Positions 30,376 through 44,040 are shown, counted from the stretch's first letter. The stretch: DNA of 64,000 nucleotides from the human T2T-CHM13v2.0 reference genome, Homo sapiens (GCF_009914755.1 NC_060933.1), one strand, 5' to 3'. Numbers and translations are program-made. The notes: generated from the letters alone by a model not told the origin.

Positions 30376-30411
30376 CAGTTTAGATTTGGCGCGTTGCAAA
30401 AATTCTTCCAT
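30376..30411 (-). CDS. PRUNE2: PRUNE2 (BMCC1) first coding exon, 12 codons MEEFLQRAKSKL, phase-0 donor
   Basis: Minus strand reads agccacgacATGGAAGAATTTTTGCAACGCGCCAAATCTAAACTG|gtaagt: good Kozak context (G at -3, G at +4), consensus donor at 30375-30370, inside a CpG island. The peptide matches the PRUNE2 N-terminus as I recall it (MEEFLQRAKSKLNRSKRLEKVHVV...). The exon-2 peptide was not found in the window. Confidence 0.93.
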
Positions 30412-30647
30412 GTCGTGGCTAGGGGTTTGGAACCCGGGTACTCGGAGGGGCGCAGTGGAAAATCTCGGCCCAAGGAAGACGAGCGGGGTCCCGGGAAAGT
30501 GGCCCGCCGGGGCGCAGCGACCGACTGCTCCCTCCTGCCGCTCTGAGGCGGCTGCGGCGGAGGCTGTGCTTGCGCCCTCGACCGTCTCGCCCAGGGCTCC
30601 CCGCCCCACCCCTCGCCCGGCCGCCGGCTCTGGGCACCCGACTCTGC

Positions 30648-30657
30648 CCTAATAAGG
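30648..30657. promoter_or_regulatory. CArG box (SRF site) CCTAATAAGG
   Basis: Perfect CC(A/T)6GG; an isolated AT-rich spot in the GC-rich island, about 240 bp upstream of the ATG. Confidence 0.7.
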
Positions 30658-30820
30658 AAAGTGGGTGTGCCGCCCAGGAGCCCCGGGGCGCGCCGGGCAC
30701 GCTCTCTGGCACGCGCCTCGGGCGCCGTGGCGCGTGGGCGGAGGTGCAGGGGTATGGCGAGGGGCTCCTCCGCCAATCGCAGGGCCGTGCTGCGGCCTCC
30801 TGACGTGGCGCGCCGAAAGC

Positions 30821-30842
30821 TGCTGCAACCATGGACAGCGCC
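30821..30842 (+). promoter_or_regulatory. RE1/NRSE-like site (strong right half, degenerate left half)
   Basis: tgctgcaACCATGGACAGCGCC compared with the consensus TTCAGCACCACGGACAGCGCC. Confidence 0.5.
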
Positions 30843-31339
30843 CAGAAGTGCGAGCCAAGTGCAAGGGGCTGCTGCAGAGGGAGGCTCTGCCGCAGGCACC
30901 GCCGCGGTCAGCGGGGGAAGGTGGGAAGAGGGAGACGGGTCCCAGGAGAGCCCCCGCCTCGCCCAGCGCCTCACTGGCTGGCTGGCGCGTTACGGAGCAC
31001 TCCGGCGGTCACTTAATGATCTGGTCGGCTGGCCTGGCCGGGGGAGGCACTCAGCTAGATTGGCGTGGGAGGGACGAGGAGAGAAAGAGGGGAGTTACTG
31101 CTGAGCTAAAAGCAGTACGACCTTGATGGATAATAATCAGAAGAGCAGGCTAGGAGGTTGGGCGAGGCTGCGTCTTTCCTCCCTACCATGAAAACATGTC
31201 CACACAACAATGGGCATCCACAGTTCACCCCAACTAGGTGCCCTTATGTCAGCCCTGGGACTAATGCGTAGATACATCCTTCTGCAGTTCCCATCCACTG
31301 ACATGTACCCTCAGGGAAAGCTGGGGCAATAGAACCTTG

Positions 31340-32050
31340 CTAAGGTGAGGTGCAGTCTGCAGACCGGCAACATCAGCATCGCTGATCTTATAGAAATGCA
31401 GAACCTCAGTCCCCTGCTCCTACTTACCAAATCAGAATCTGTGTGTTTCTATGAGACCCTCAGATGATTTCTATGCTTGTTAAAGTTTAAGAAGTACTAC
31501 AATGAACAAATGAACTTATATCTACAAACCTTATTTTAAATCATGGGGTTTTGTTGTATGTAGCCTTGTCCGGTCCCCAAACACACTACATCAGGCTTTC
31601 TCTGACCTCTGGGCTTTTGCACACCACCTGTAAGATCCTTCCAGCCCTTGTCCTAGCCCCCAGCCTCAGCTGTTCTACAGAAGTAGCCTCAACCCTGACT
31701 GCACAGTAAAATCACATCGTAATCACCTGAGACTTGAGAAAGTACTGATACCAGGGCTTTATCCCAGTCCAATTAAATTAATATCTCTGGGCATGGGGCC
31801 ACAGCATTTCTGTGGAAAGTGACCCAAGTGATTCTAATGTGCAGTTCAGGTGTGATGCTCTGATTCTCGATGAACTTTACATGTATCTAAATCACTTAGA
31901 GGGCTTGATGAAACACAGATTTCCGTGCCCCATCCTTAGAATTTTAGCCCTAATAGGTGTGGCTTAATGGGCCTGAGAATGTCCATGTATACAATCTCCC
32001 AGGGTTTGCCGATGCTGCTGATCCAAAAACCACACTTTGACAGTGAGTGG
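31340..32050. mobile_element. Cluster of three MER5-type MITEs (about 31340-31500, 31685-31855, 31860-32045)
   Basis: Repeated MER5 motifs: agaaatgcagaacctcag…aatcagaatctg; aatcacctg…gtgattctaatgtgcag; aaacacagattt…ccacactttga. Confidence 0.65.
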
Positions 32051-32919
32051 CGTAGAAGTTCTCTTTCTCCAGAAAGCCTCCCCAACACACTTTTCCCTTC
32101 CCATCCCCAGACTGAGTTGGTTGCCCCTTCTGTATTCCCTCATAGCAACTTACATTTTCCACTCTGCTATAAATTGCATAATTATTTGTCTATGTCCTCC
32201 ACCAGGCTGTGAGCTCTGTAAAGACAGGGACCTTGCCTGTCTCATTCACTGATGGATCCCTAACATGATGTATGTTCATGTCATATATAGGTCCTCAATA
32301 AATATGTTTTAATGAAAAAAGGTACATATGGAAGGGTTTTTTTTTTTTTTGCTCTATTTCTCCTGTCTCAATGTGTGTCTGTTTTCTTGTCTGTCTCTGT
32401 GTGTATATGTGTGTCTCATGATCCAATTATTTTTTATTCAGAAGGATCCAATGAAAACAAATCAGCAGGGTCCACAGATCTGATTAAAGGAGAGTGATAA
32501 GAATATTAAGCTCCAGGTGACATTCAGGGGTGGGCTTTGTGGAAGCTGGAGATTCTGTCTGCTTTCTGTACTGACTTAAGTAATTTAAAACCAACCAGGT
32601 AAAGCAAGTATTTTGTCAGCCTTTAAATCTGTGAAGTTGCACACAATTCAAGTAACATTACTGAGAAAAATTCTAGAGAATGCCTTGCCTCTGACTTCAC
32701 TGGGGAATTTAGCACCAATTACATAATACTGTTTTATTCCTCTAGCTTTGGCTTATAAATATTCTAGGTAGGTATCACACATCCTTGAAATGTTAAAAAA
32801 AAATTCTGATGGACTCAAATTCCAACATCAATCTCCCCATCTTTTTCTCCACCAATAATGTCCCTTCAAAAGTTTATCAAAATTAACATTTTCTATGAAA
32901 CCTTCCTAAGCTGACCACC

Positions 32920-33715
<796 letters not shown>

Positions 33716-33814
33716 CAAACCATACATGATGTTATTTGGTAGCTATCGGCATTTGATCCTCCAATTTTTATGATTCCATAGCAGCCAGAAATCTAGTGAC
33801 TTTAACTCTAGGTA

Positions 33815-34025
33815 AGATATTGTCAACCCTGGCTGCACAGTGGAATCACCTGGGAGCCTCCAAAAAAACAAACTAATGTTCCAAGCTCCATCTCTGGAAC
33901 ATTAAAACAGAACAATTCAGAACAGAAATTCTGAATTGAGCGATCTTGAGAGGGGCCCAGGCATCAATATTTTTTCAAAGCTCTCCAGGTAATTCTCCGT
34001 GTAGTCAGGGTTGGGAACTACTGCT
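33815..34025. mobile_element. MER5B-like
   Basis: tcaaccctggctgcacagtggaatcacctgggagc…gggttgggaactactg. Confidence 0.7.
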
Positions 34026-34400
34026 GATGTTAGATGAATTCGCATTCCTCAGTCACTCAGGTACAAAACCTGGAGTTCCCTTTGATTTACTACACTCTGC
34101 CACCCACTGTGGCCAAATAGTCCCCAGTCCAAAGTGTTCAAACTTTAAAAAAGCCTCCTTCAACTTCCTTTCTTTCTATTCCAAGCACTACGATCGTAAT
34201 TTATGTATTTGTATCTGAACCTCATTTCACCCTCTTCTCTCTAGAGTCCCTTGTCCTTGTTGGCAGAACAATCCCATTTCCTCTACTTTTTGCTTTACTC
34301 TCTCTCAGATTTCTTGATTCCTGGACTCCCCTCATTTGAGACCTGTATCCGAACTCTCTTTATTTTTGAAATCATTATCTTGAGTAGATTAGTAAAGTGG

Positions 34401-34767
34401 TTATTATGGATTAAATGCCTGTGTCCCCCCAAAATTCCTGTGTTGACACCTTAACCCCCAATGTGCTGGTATCAGGAGGTGGGCCTTTGGGTGTCATTAA
34501 GTTTAGATGAGGTGGTGACGGTGGAGCGCTCATGATGGGATTAGTGTCTCTCTCTCTCCCTCCCCCCACCTCTTCCTTCCCACCATGTGAGGACACAGGA
34601 GAAACATGGCCATCTGCAAGGCAGGGAAGTGTCCTCATCAGGAACCAAATTGGCCAGCACCTGGATCTTGGACTTCCCAGCCTCTAGAACTGTGAGAAAT
34701 AAATGTCTGTTGTTTAAGCTGCTCAATTTAAAATATTTTGTTATAGCAGCCTGAGCGGACTAACACA
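34401..34767 (+). mobile_element. MLT1A-type solo LTR
   Basis: tatggattaaatgcctgtgtccccc…ggacttcccagcctctagaactgtgagaaataaat…gcagcctgagcggactaacaca. Confidence 0.88.
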
Positions 34768-35150
34768 ATGGTAGTGCTAGGGGAAAAAAAAAGAAAGAGA
34801 CTTAAGGGATCCTCTGATGATGCCATCTCCTCATATTACTGAGATGGGACCAAGGCCTGGAGTAGTTCAGCATCCTGCTCAGACTAACAGAGCTACTTTG
34901 AAGCAGAGGCCAGGACTGGAACTCAGCTCTCTTTCATTCCTTCCTTGAGCATTTATGAAGCATAGACTATGCTCTTATAGGATTTTGTTTACCCTAAGAT
35001 GCATAAGACATGATCCCTGCCCTCAAGGAGCTCACAGGCTAGTCACTACCAAATAGATAAATGCAGTGATTGAGAAATGCATCTGGTGTGATACTAGTTG
35101 AGATGCAATATGTTGTGGTAACTAAGACCTGTATGCTCATCTTTGCTCTG

Positions 35151-35645
35151 TGTGGTAGATTAATCATGGCTGAAAATTCCTTGATACTTCTCCCAGTGAG
35201 AGGCAGGGTCTATGTTACTTCTTGAATCTAGGAGAACTCTGACTTCCCAAGCAATAAAATATTACAGAAATGACATCATGCCAGTTTCTGGGACCAAGTT
35301 CTTAAGTGATTGGTAGCCTCGACCTCTTGTCTTTTGGAATACATGCTCTTGGAACCTATCCATCATGCTATGAGGAAGCCCAAGCAGCCATATAGAGAGG
35401 TTCACACAGAGAGGAGCTATGAACTCTGGGTAACAGCCCAGCTGCCAGCCGCGTGGTGAGCCATCTTGGAAATAGATTCTCCAGCCCAGTCAAGCCAGCT
35501 GATGCCACATGGAACAGAGCTAAGCTGTGTCTGCTAAGCCCTGCCCAAATTCCTGGCCCATTAAACTGTGGGATATAATAAAATGATTGCTATTATAAGC
35601 CATTAACTTTCTGGGATTTGTTCTGCAGCAATAGATAGGCAGAGC
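35151..35645 (+). mobile_element. Older MLT1 LTR
   Basis: tgtggtagatt…gaggaagcccaagcagcca…agccctgcccaaatt…gcagcaatagat. Confidence 0.75.
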
Positions 35646-38370
35646 ATCTGGCCAGTTACCAGCTCAGAAAGTTAGGGCAAGTTATCCTTTCTAAGCTTCA
35701 AGGTCTTCATCTATAAAATAGATGAATAGATAATACTCCCTCTTAGGACTGTCATGAAGCCCAAATGCAACAATATATGCAAAGTGCCCAATTCTTGGCC
35801 AGTTGCTGCCGTTATTCTGATTCCCAAGAGTCTGTTAAGGAGAGGAGAAACTTCATGCAATAGCTGTAAGTGGAAGAAAGAAAATCCATGAAGAGAACCC
35901 AACAAGAGGAAAATCTCCAGGTCAATTGTGGATGGAACAGCAGTCACTAAAAATGTGACATGATTTAATTATAACTTGTGTCTATTCTACACCAAGTAAT
36001 ATCTCCCAAGGTTATATTCCTTTGCAACCTGGGCTTCATATGATAAGAGGCCTGTTTCAGAGAAAGGCACTGCAGATGTTTCTCAGCAATAACACATCTA
36101 CCTGTACTACTCACTAGTGAAATATAACTTGCTTAGGGGTTGTATCCCCAAATTACCATTCCTTACCCCCATGGGGCACTAGATCTTTCCTCTGTAGACT
36201 CTCACAGGAGCACTGTAGCTCTTCATCCATCTCATGGCACACCTATTACTGTCAGTGCCACCACAGGGGTATCTGAAGATTTCCTTATCTTAACCAGCTT
36301 CCCTGGTGCTCACAGCATGGTATCAGAAAATCTGGATATGAGACCTTGCTGTGTACTTTTGGGCAAGTTATTTATTATTAATCTCCTTATCTATGAAATA
36401 GAAGATAAATACCTGCCCTAGTTACTTTACATGATTGTCATTAAAGAATCAAATGCTAACATCCCTACAAATACTGGGAAATGTTAACAAGGGAAAACAG
36501 AATACTGAAGAAATCAGCTTGGTTGGCAAAAAAAAAAAAAAAAAAAATACCTGACATATGCTATCCTTTTAAAAATGAAATGTAGCTGGGATGGCAGCTG
36601 CTGATTCACTATTTGGGCACATTTCCAAGCTAGCTTCCTCACTGACCAACAACACCTCTCACAGGTAGATTCTCCTTGGTGCAGATGGGTTATGTTCGCT
36701 GCTTTTAAATTGTTTCATGTGACACAAGAGGTTCAAGAAACTGCATCTCACACTTGAACTAAATTTAAAAGCATTTTAAGCTTATTTCAAGGACAAGAGA
36801 TAGAAACAGGACTAATGTGCATTAACTAGGGCCTCTCATTTAGCCTGTAAGCAACTGTTAAATGTCTGTTTTTTTGTCCTGTGGGTGGTCAGATACTATC
36901 CATGTTAGCAAATAATATTAAGAGGAATTAACTATTTTTTTTATTTTGTGGTTTAGCAAGAATATCCAAATTTTTTAAGGTAAACTTTGCAAGACTTTTT
37001 TTAAAAGGAGTACATATAGCCATTGTCTTCTCTGAGTTTCTGTAAAGAAAGGAAAAAGAGGAGTGATTGAGATTGTCAGAGCTGTATTAGCAAGTGGCAG
37101 GGCCCAGACCACTTGGGAGAATGTCCTGAGAGTCAAATGCTCAGGCTTTGAACGGGGTACATACAACTTGCGTCATTTCTGGGAACCACAGACATCTTGA
37201 AGAGCAATGAATTTAATTTGAAAGGACAGTGGAGGAGAGAGGAAGTACTCCGGCTCTGTGAGTCATCAGAATAATAAGGCAGTGGCTGCCACTTTCAGGT
37301 CTGTTGCCTGTGGAAAGATGTAGATAGGGCCTTAAAGTCCCAGCTTCCTCTCACACTATACATTCAGGTGGCTTCAGTTTTATACACGCTCTTCCTGCAG
37401 AAAGGTATCTCAAGTACCTTCAAAACAACGCTGGCTCTCTCAGTTACAGTATAAACTTTAACTCATGATCCCATCCTGCATTTCCACTGAGGAAGTATTT
37501 GGCAAGGAAAGTAGAATGTTAATAATTTCCACACCCTGAGAGTCGACCAACATGATCTCTCATCCTTGCAATAATGCTGTAAGGCCAGAACAATGGGAAC
37601 TGCAACCAACCTATTCTAGAGCTGAAGAAACAGGCCCAAAATTGTTTACTGACATGCCTGAAGATTGAAATCTAGACTCTGTATTCCAAAGTTCAGGCCT
37701 TTTTCATCAAAAAGGCTAATGTTTATGAAGAGTTTCTTTGCATGAAATATCACTTTAATTTTTTATGTGTATTAATAGCATTTAGTCCTCATAACAAATG
37801 TATAAATCAGGTACTATTATCCTCATTTTAAAGATGTGCAAACTGAGGTACAAAGATGCAATTTTCACAAAATTACTCAGGTAGTAAGTAGCCAAAGCAG
37901 GTGACCAGGTCCAGAGCCCAGGTACTAAGCGACTGCACATCACTGCCTGTCCACTGGCATGGGCTACCCAGCTGCTCACCCAAAAAAGCAAATGTGGAGA
38001 CTGGAGAAGAAATGAGTACTCACCACATGGCACTTTCAATTGCTCTGCCACAGTTAAGAATGAGCTGGTCACCCCTTCACCTACCTCTTCACCCCTTCAC
38101 CTACTTGGCCACATAGACCTCATACCTGATGTTTGCAGATGAGTCAGAGAAATCACCAGCAAGAAAGAGGTAAATGTCCCAGAAGCTTGATCAGCACACA
38201 TCATTAAAAGCTCCTGTCATCAATGATGGCTCAGCTAAATCATTGCTTCTTTCCCATCAGGTTCTCCTTTACCCAGCCCCCGTCCTCATCTCTCCCCTCA
38301 TCATCCTTGAACCTCACCCCTTCCCAAAAAGTGGAACACTATTATGTTCTGATGGTTAAATGCTTGAGTT

Positions 38371-38411
38371 TTAGTCCTTTGGATAGTGATGTTAGTCCTT
38401 TGGATAGTGAT
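38371..38411. repeat. Tandem duplication, 21-bp period
   Basis: ttagtcctttggatagtgat occurs twice. Confidence 0.9.
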
Positions 38412-40700
38412 TTTAGCATCTCCAGGTCTTAGGGTCCTAGGAGAAACAGAAGGCTTGAGTGGATGTTTCCAACCTTAACATTCTATGATTACAAAATGGA
38501 ATCATACAATTCTTAGATCCACAAGAAACATGAAAGTGTACAAGAGAAATTGTCTTATTTTTGTTAAAAAGTCTTTGAATATCTTTGTAGCATTAGATGT
38601 TTGTGTAGAACAGAGGGATTATGTTAAGATGGCATAAAAATATCCACCTGTAAAAAAAAGTAATCAAGTATTTTAAGGAACTTCAACTCAAAGGTCAGTA
38701 ATTAAGACATGTAGACATGTAAATAACAAGCCTGGAAAGAGAAAAATTAGCAAGATTTGTTAGAGGTATGTGTTTTCTTAGGTATCAAATCCTAATGTCC
38801 TCAGAGAAATTTTCTATTCATGACAGGAAGCCTGGAACCAAAAAAAAAAAAAAAAAAAGAAAGAAAGAAAGACTCAAATTTCAGGCTAAAGGATGCTGTT
38901 CAATTGTTGTCTAACAAAGGCCATTGATCTCTCTTCTTATATAGTGGCAATATTTCACTTAGAAAAAACTGAATTCAGTATGTAATGTATTTTCAATAAT
39001 ATTGTGTAGAAAGCAGTAAAATAAAAAACTGGATATTTAAAAATGTCCAACAAACTGTCGATTTCAATGAGGGCAAAAATTATTTGCTCTGCATTTTCCT
39101 TCTCTAAATCTCTGCATTATAAAACCACTGAAGTTCCAGAGGAAAAGGAAGAAGGAAATCCAAATCCATTAACGCAGAGCCGCAGTGTCCACCTACAGCA
39201 TTTGCTTCTTTGCTGTATTTTCTTTAAACTGGGCAGCAAAGCAAAGGACCTGCTTCCCAGCAAACATCTCCGTCATACTCTCATTGACCTACTCCCTGGA
39301 GACACCACCTGCAATTCATCACTCTTGGGAAATGCTGCCACCCAATTTCTTCTGTTTCTGTCAAGGATTCATTCACATTAATATTCCACTAGACTTAGCT
39401 CAGAAAGTTGTTAGAAACCAATACTACCTCTTCTGGATTCCAGATTCCTTCTTCTATGTGCCCCCCGCACCCCACCCCCACCTCCTTCACCCTGTCACCT
39501 TCCTTTCTGTGAATGAAGGGGAAAAAAAATCCTAAAAACGGTTTTAAAATATGGAGTCAGCAGTTGGGGAAGGGCTGGACTATTACCACTCCAATACTGC
39601 TATAACAGCCTCATTTTCATGTTAGTTTATTTAATAATAAACTTCTATAGATTCACTTTTCCCAGTAGTTGTTAGTTGAAAAGATTTGTTGATGTACAAA
39701 AACCACAAGAGGAAAGTCATTGTATTTTGGAAAAATGTCATGGAAATCACCAAAGCCATCCAGTAACAGTTGGCAGCTTTTTGGGGGATGGCAAATGTTT
39801 TGTGTTGAATGCTGTGTCATCCACCAAATGTCAACTTCAGGTAACGAGTCTTCACATCTTCTCCTTCCTGTGGAACCATAAGGCTCCAGAGGACAGGGCT
39901 TTGGTCTTACTCCTCTCTATATTCCCCCAGCTGCTTCCAGCACAGTGCCCTTTCCATGGTAGGTCCTCAAATAATTATAATAACACGTGTTGATCAATTC
40001 TCCTCTAGCTGAAGCCTTGAAAGAGAGAGGCTCATCAACCAGGTAGAAATAAAAAGAAATGCAGGTACTTCTGAAATGCTTTATTAGGTTCTATAAAGGG
40101 GTTAAAATGGTGATTTTTCAATCGTATTCAAAGACAGCACAGCATCTTTTAGAAATCTGACTCTGGCTAGAGTAGACCTGGAAACACATTGGATGGAGGA
40201 ATCACAGCAAGTCACTAAGATCAGAATTACTGCTGGACCATGAAAGTAAACAGGAAGAGACAAAAAATATTTTAAATTAATCCCAAATATACATCTGTTA
40301 ATTGCCATTTCAATTCTTCAAATATTTGCATATGCAAATGTGCCCATTCAACACTGAATTATTAAAATTGAGGCAGACAATTGAGCTTTGCACACAGCAA
40401 AGGCAGCCTGGAATGGAGAAAACTGACTGGAGGTTGAGGAGAGAAAACATAGGAAACTTCCACTCTTTCTCTTTGTGATAAGGGAACCTGGTAATGACCC
40501 AGAGACCCTGGGAACTCTGGAAAAGGGCAGCTCTAAATGGAGGAAGGACACCTTGCAGGGGGAGAGGAATTAAGGATTTGTTTGGTTTTCACAAACATGT
40601 CTACGGTAAATCCCCGTGTGGAGAGAATGCTTTTTAAGCTCCTGTTATGTCCCAGACACTGGACAGGCACACAGACCTGTGGTCTCGCAGAGGCTTCAGG

Positions 40701-41152
40701 TGTGATACCCCAAAATATGACTGACACCTTGGAAACTGAAAAAACAGCAGAAGTAGGAAGGCGTCTCTGACCTTCTCTCAGGCTTTCCTCCCCTGAAGCA
40801 GACCATAAAACCCAGGATCGTCACTCTCCGACCTCTTCTGTTCCTTCTCCCCTGAAGACACTCATGTGGCAGGTGCCCACACAGAAGAAACTGAACAAAC
40901 AGGTCTTACTACATTTCTCCCAGTTTGTTACCTTTGGATCAGACCCTTTTGTCCTTCAATTATACTTCTGTATGGCTGTCCATAAAAATACAGTTTTCCC
41001 TGGGTCTTTGGGGCTTTGCTTCTGAAGGCTCACATGTCATGTAAGATTTACATGAAATGCATTTGCAAGCTTTTTGCTTATTACTCTTTTGTCATAGGGT
41101 TGTTGGCCATGAACTTTACAATGAGTGAGGAAAGAAATCTTTTCTCCCCTAC
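40701..41152 (+). mobile_element. ERV1-class solo LTR (MER34/MER39-like)
   Basis: tgtgataccccaaaatatg…tttctcccctaca termini, internal TATA-like cataaaa. Confidence 0.6.
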
Positions 41153-43717
41153 ACAGACAATAAGCAAGAAAACAAATAATTCAAAATGTCAGAGAGTAGC
41201 ACACACTACAAAGATAAAGCAGAACGATAATGATTGGAGTAGAAGCAGGTCTACGTTAGATTAAGGGGCTAGGAGTCTGTCTGAGGAGATATTGAGACCT
41301 GAATGGCAAGAAGAAGCCAGCCCTGTAAGAATAGATGGGAAGAGATCAAAGCAGAGGGAATACATGGTCAAAGGTACGGATAGAAGGCCGACCCAGCATG
41401 AGCGGGGGAGTAGATGTGCTCAGAGAGGCAAGGGGAACTCATAGGGCCCACTCGGTCAGGGTAGGATGTTAGGGTTTTATTCCAGATGTGGTGTGAAGCC
41501 ATCAGAGGAGGAACATGTTCTCATGTGTGGTTTTATAAAGATCACTCCAGCTGCCATGTGGAGGGCAAGGCTGCTGTGTAGGGGCGGAAGAGTCCCAGAC
41601 CTCTTAGTGCTCTATCTCATCACCTACCTAAGAGATAGTGATGGCTTGGACCAAGAAAGGTAGCAATGAAAATGAAGAAAAGGAAAACAATAATAACATA
41701 ACATATATTTTGAAAGTAAAGCCAACATAGAAGTAAAATAAAAATCAGCCTCCACTAATTGACTACTTCTAATGCTGTACATATTTATACTATGGCATTA
41801 ATAATACTAAAATAGATTGTGCTAATAAGGCATATTTCAACTGTGTGAAGATTTACCACTGTGAGTCACAACTCCTGATTTCCCAAAATGGAAATTACAG
41901 AAAGAAGCCAAAAAGACCAATTCAGAGTGACCCAGTGTAGCAGATGTTGGAAATTTCCTGGCTGCTACTATTTGAACATTCTTCCTGTATTTTGGGAATT
42001 CCTCCATAAATAAATCCTTGATGGGAGGCAGACCCCTAGCCGTAGTTCCCATTGCAAAACAATTTTTGCCGTAGCATGGATCTGTCAGTTATTCTTAGCA
42101 TGGAGCCTTTAGAGCGCCATGTGCTCTAATTCACATGATCTCGTTCCACATTAACCAAAAAGTCTTTGATTGTGATTTGTCTCTACAAGGAGATCTTTCT
42201 ACAAAGAAAAGAAAAAGAAAACGACCAGCATTTTTTTAAACCGCCTAATATGGCCAGCATTGTGATAGGAATCTGAAAATATATTGTTTCACTTAATCCT
42301 CAAACCATCTCTACCAATTTGGTATTATTGGCTTTATTTTACAAATTAGAAAAAAAGAGAGAGAATCAGAGAGTTTAAGAAATTTACCCAAAATCACATT
42401 GTTACTAAGTAGCAAAATCAAACTGCTCAATTCAAATCCTGGTTAATTCCAGAGTTTTCGGTGTAGATTTGCTTTGCGCTTTATGGATCTCATAAGAAGG
42501 AAACAGTGGTCAAGAAAATGAAAAAATACTACAGCCATCTAGACTGATTTACATGTAAAAGGGGATAAAATTGAGATCAGGAAAACCAGAGGACAGGGAG
42601 AAAGAAGAGCCAGAGTGCAAAAAATTTGGGGAGGATTTGCAAAATGTTAAGGGATAAAAAGTGGGAATTTTAGGTAACTGCCATCTGTGATGTGTGAAAT
42701 ATTAAAAAAGAAATGTGAGACGGAATTTTAAGAAAATATGCTATGTATGGGTTTCCTCTTCGGTGCAGCTTCATGAGATTTCAGGAAAAATTACATTGTT
42801 TTCAATGCTTTGAGGGCTACCTGACTGGAGTTTCCTTTATGAGGACATCATTGAGATGAACCATGAGGCAACCCAGCCTCTTGTAGGTTGCGTGAGTCTC
42901 TCACGGAATTTTCTGTTTCAAGCAGAGAGGAGTAGCCCATGTCTCTTTCAACCACACAACAGTGACTTCTGAATAAACAAGCAACCATAATATCCCTATG
43001 GCTGCCTCTGGCTCACACGGTTTTGAAAGATTCCAGTTGCTACATCTCCACCAGAGCCTTGTGTGGCAGTAGACTAGAATCACGTGAAGTACGTATATAA
43101 TTTTCACAACTTTAATTCTGTAAGTGCGGCAAAGGGAAGAAAAGAAGAATTAAAATAATGTTAGAAGACAAAACCAATTATCATCCTAGGATGTGCTTCA
43201 TCGTGTTCCTCAATTATCTCCATCCTGCGATTGTTTATTGTGTCTGAACCCCGTATTCAGATTGGAGAAACCCATTTAGGTGTACTTTATAGATGTTTTC
43301 AGAAGTTTTCTAAGGCAATTTTGACTCTACTTGATTGTAATCTTAGTGGCTGACTTGACCATGTGCAACTCCACTAAACTGCCAGCCCAACGCTGGATAC
43401 AAACAGGGACAGAACATCCCAACAAGGCACCTGAGAAGGAGGTAGCCTTCTATGTTCCAGGAACAAAGAAAGTGCTCAATAAATGTTTACTGAATGGATG
43501 GATGAATAGACAAGTGAATAAACAGCCAAAAAAACACGCACAAAATGGTTCGGTCCTAGTCACATTCCCAGATTCTCTTATGGCACCAACAGCATAAGGG
43601 CCAGTGATTTCTCAGGCCAAAGAATCCCTTGCAAGGAGAACCCCCCAGGCAAAGTTCTTCAAGATTATCAATTTCCCTTTTAGAATGCTCATCAGTAAAA
43701 TGGAAATAATTTCTCCA

Positions 43718-44040
43718 GGCCAGGTGTGGTGGCTCATGCCTATAGTCCCAGCACTTTGGGAGGCCAAAGCAGGCAGATCACTTTGAGGTCAGGAGTTTGA
43801 AACCTGACCTCAAGATGGTGAAACCCCATCTCTTCTAAAAATACAAAAAAATGAGCTGGGCATGGTGGCACATGCCTGTAATCCCAGCTATTGGGAAGCT
43901 GAGGCACGACAATTGCTTGAATCTACAAGGCAGAGGTTGCAGTGAGCTGAGATCACGCCATTGCACTCCTGCCTGGGTGAGAGAGTGAGACCCTGTTTCA
44001 AAAAACTAAAGCAAAACAAACAAACAAAAAAAAAAAAAGA
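43718..44040 (+). mobile_element. AluS with internal inverted-repeat replacement
   Basis: Full Alu. Confidence 0.93.

Larger units (their letters stand above)
30330..31120. promoter_or_regulatory. CpG island / PRUNE2 promoter and 5'UTR
   Basis: Abrupt rise in GC and CpG density against a CpG-depleted background. GC boxes at 30599-30612 and 30736-30743, CCAAT at 30773-30777, ATTGG at 31059-31063. The TSS cannot be placed from sequence alone. Confidence 0.92.

Noticed and set aside
30081-31126. Many overlapping 60-200 aa ORFs on both strands in the CpG island
   Set aside because: GC-rich DNA lacks stop codons; the peptides are low-complexity A/R/P/G with mostly non-ATG starts. Only the 12-codon PRUNE2 exon is supported.
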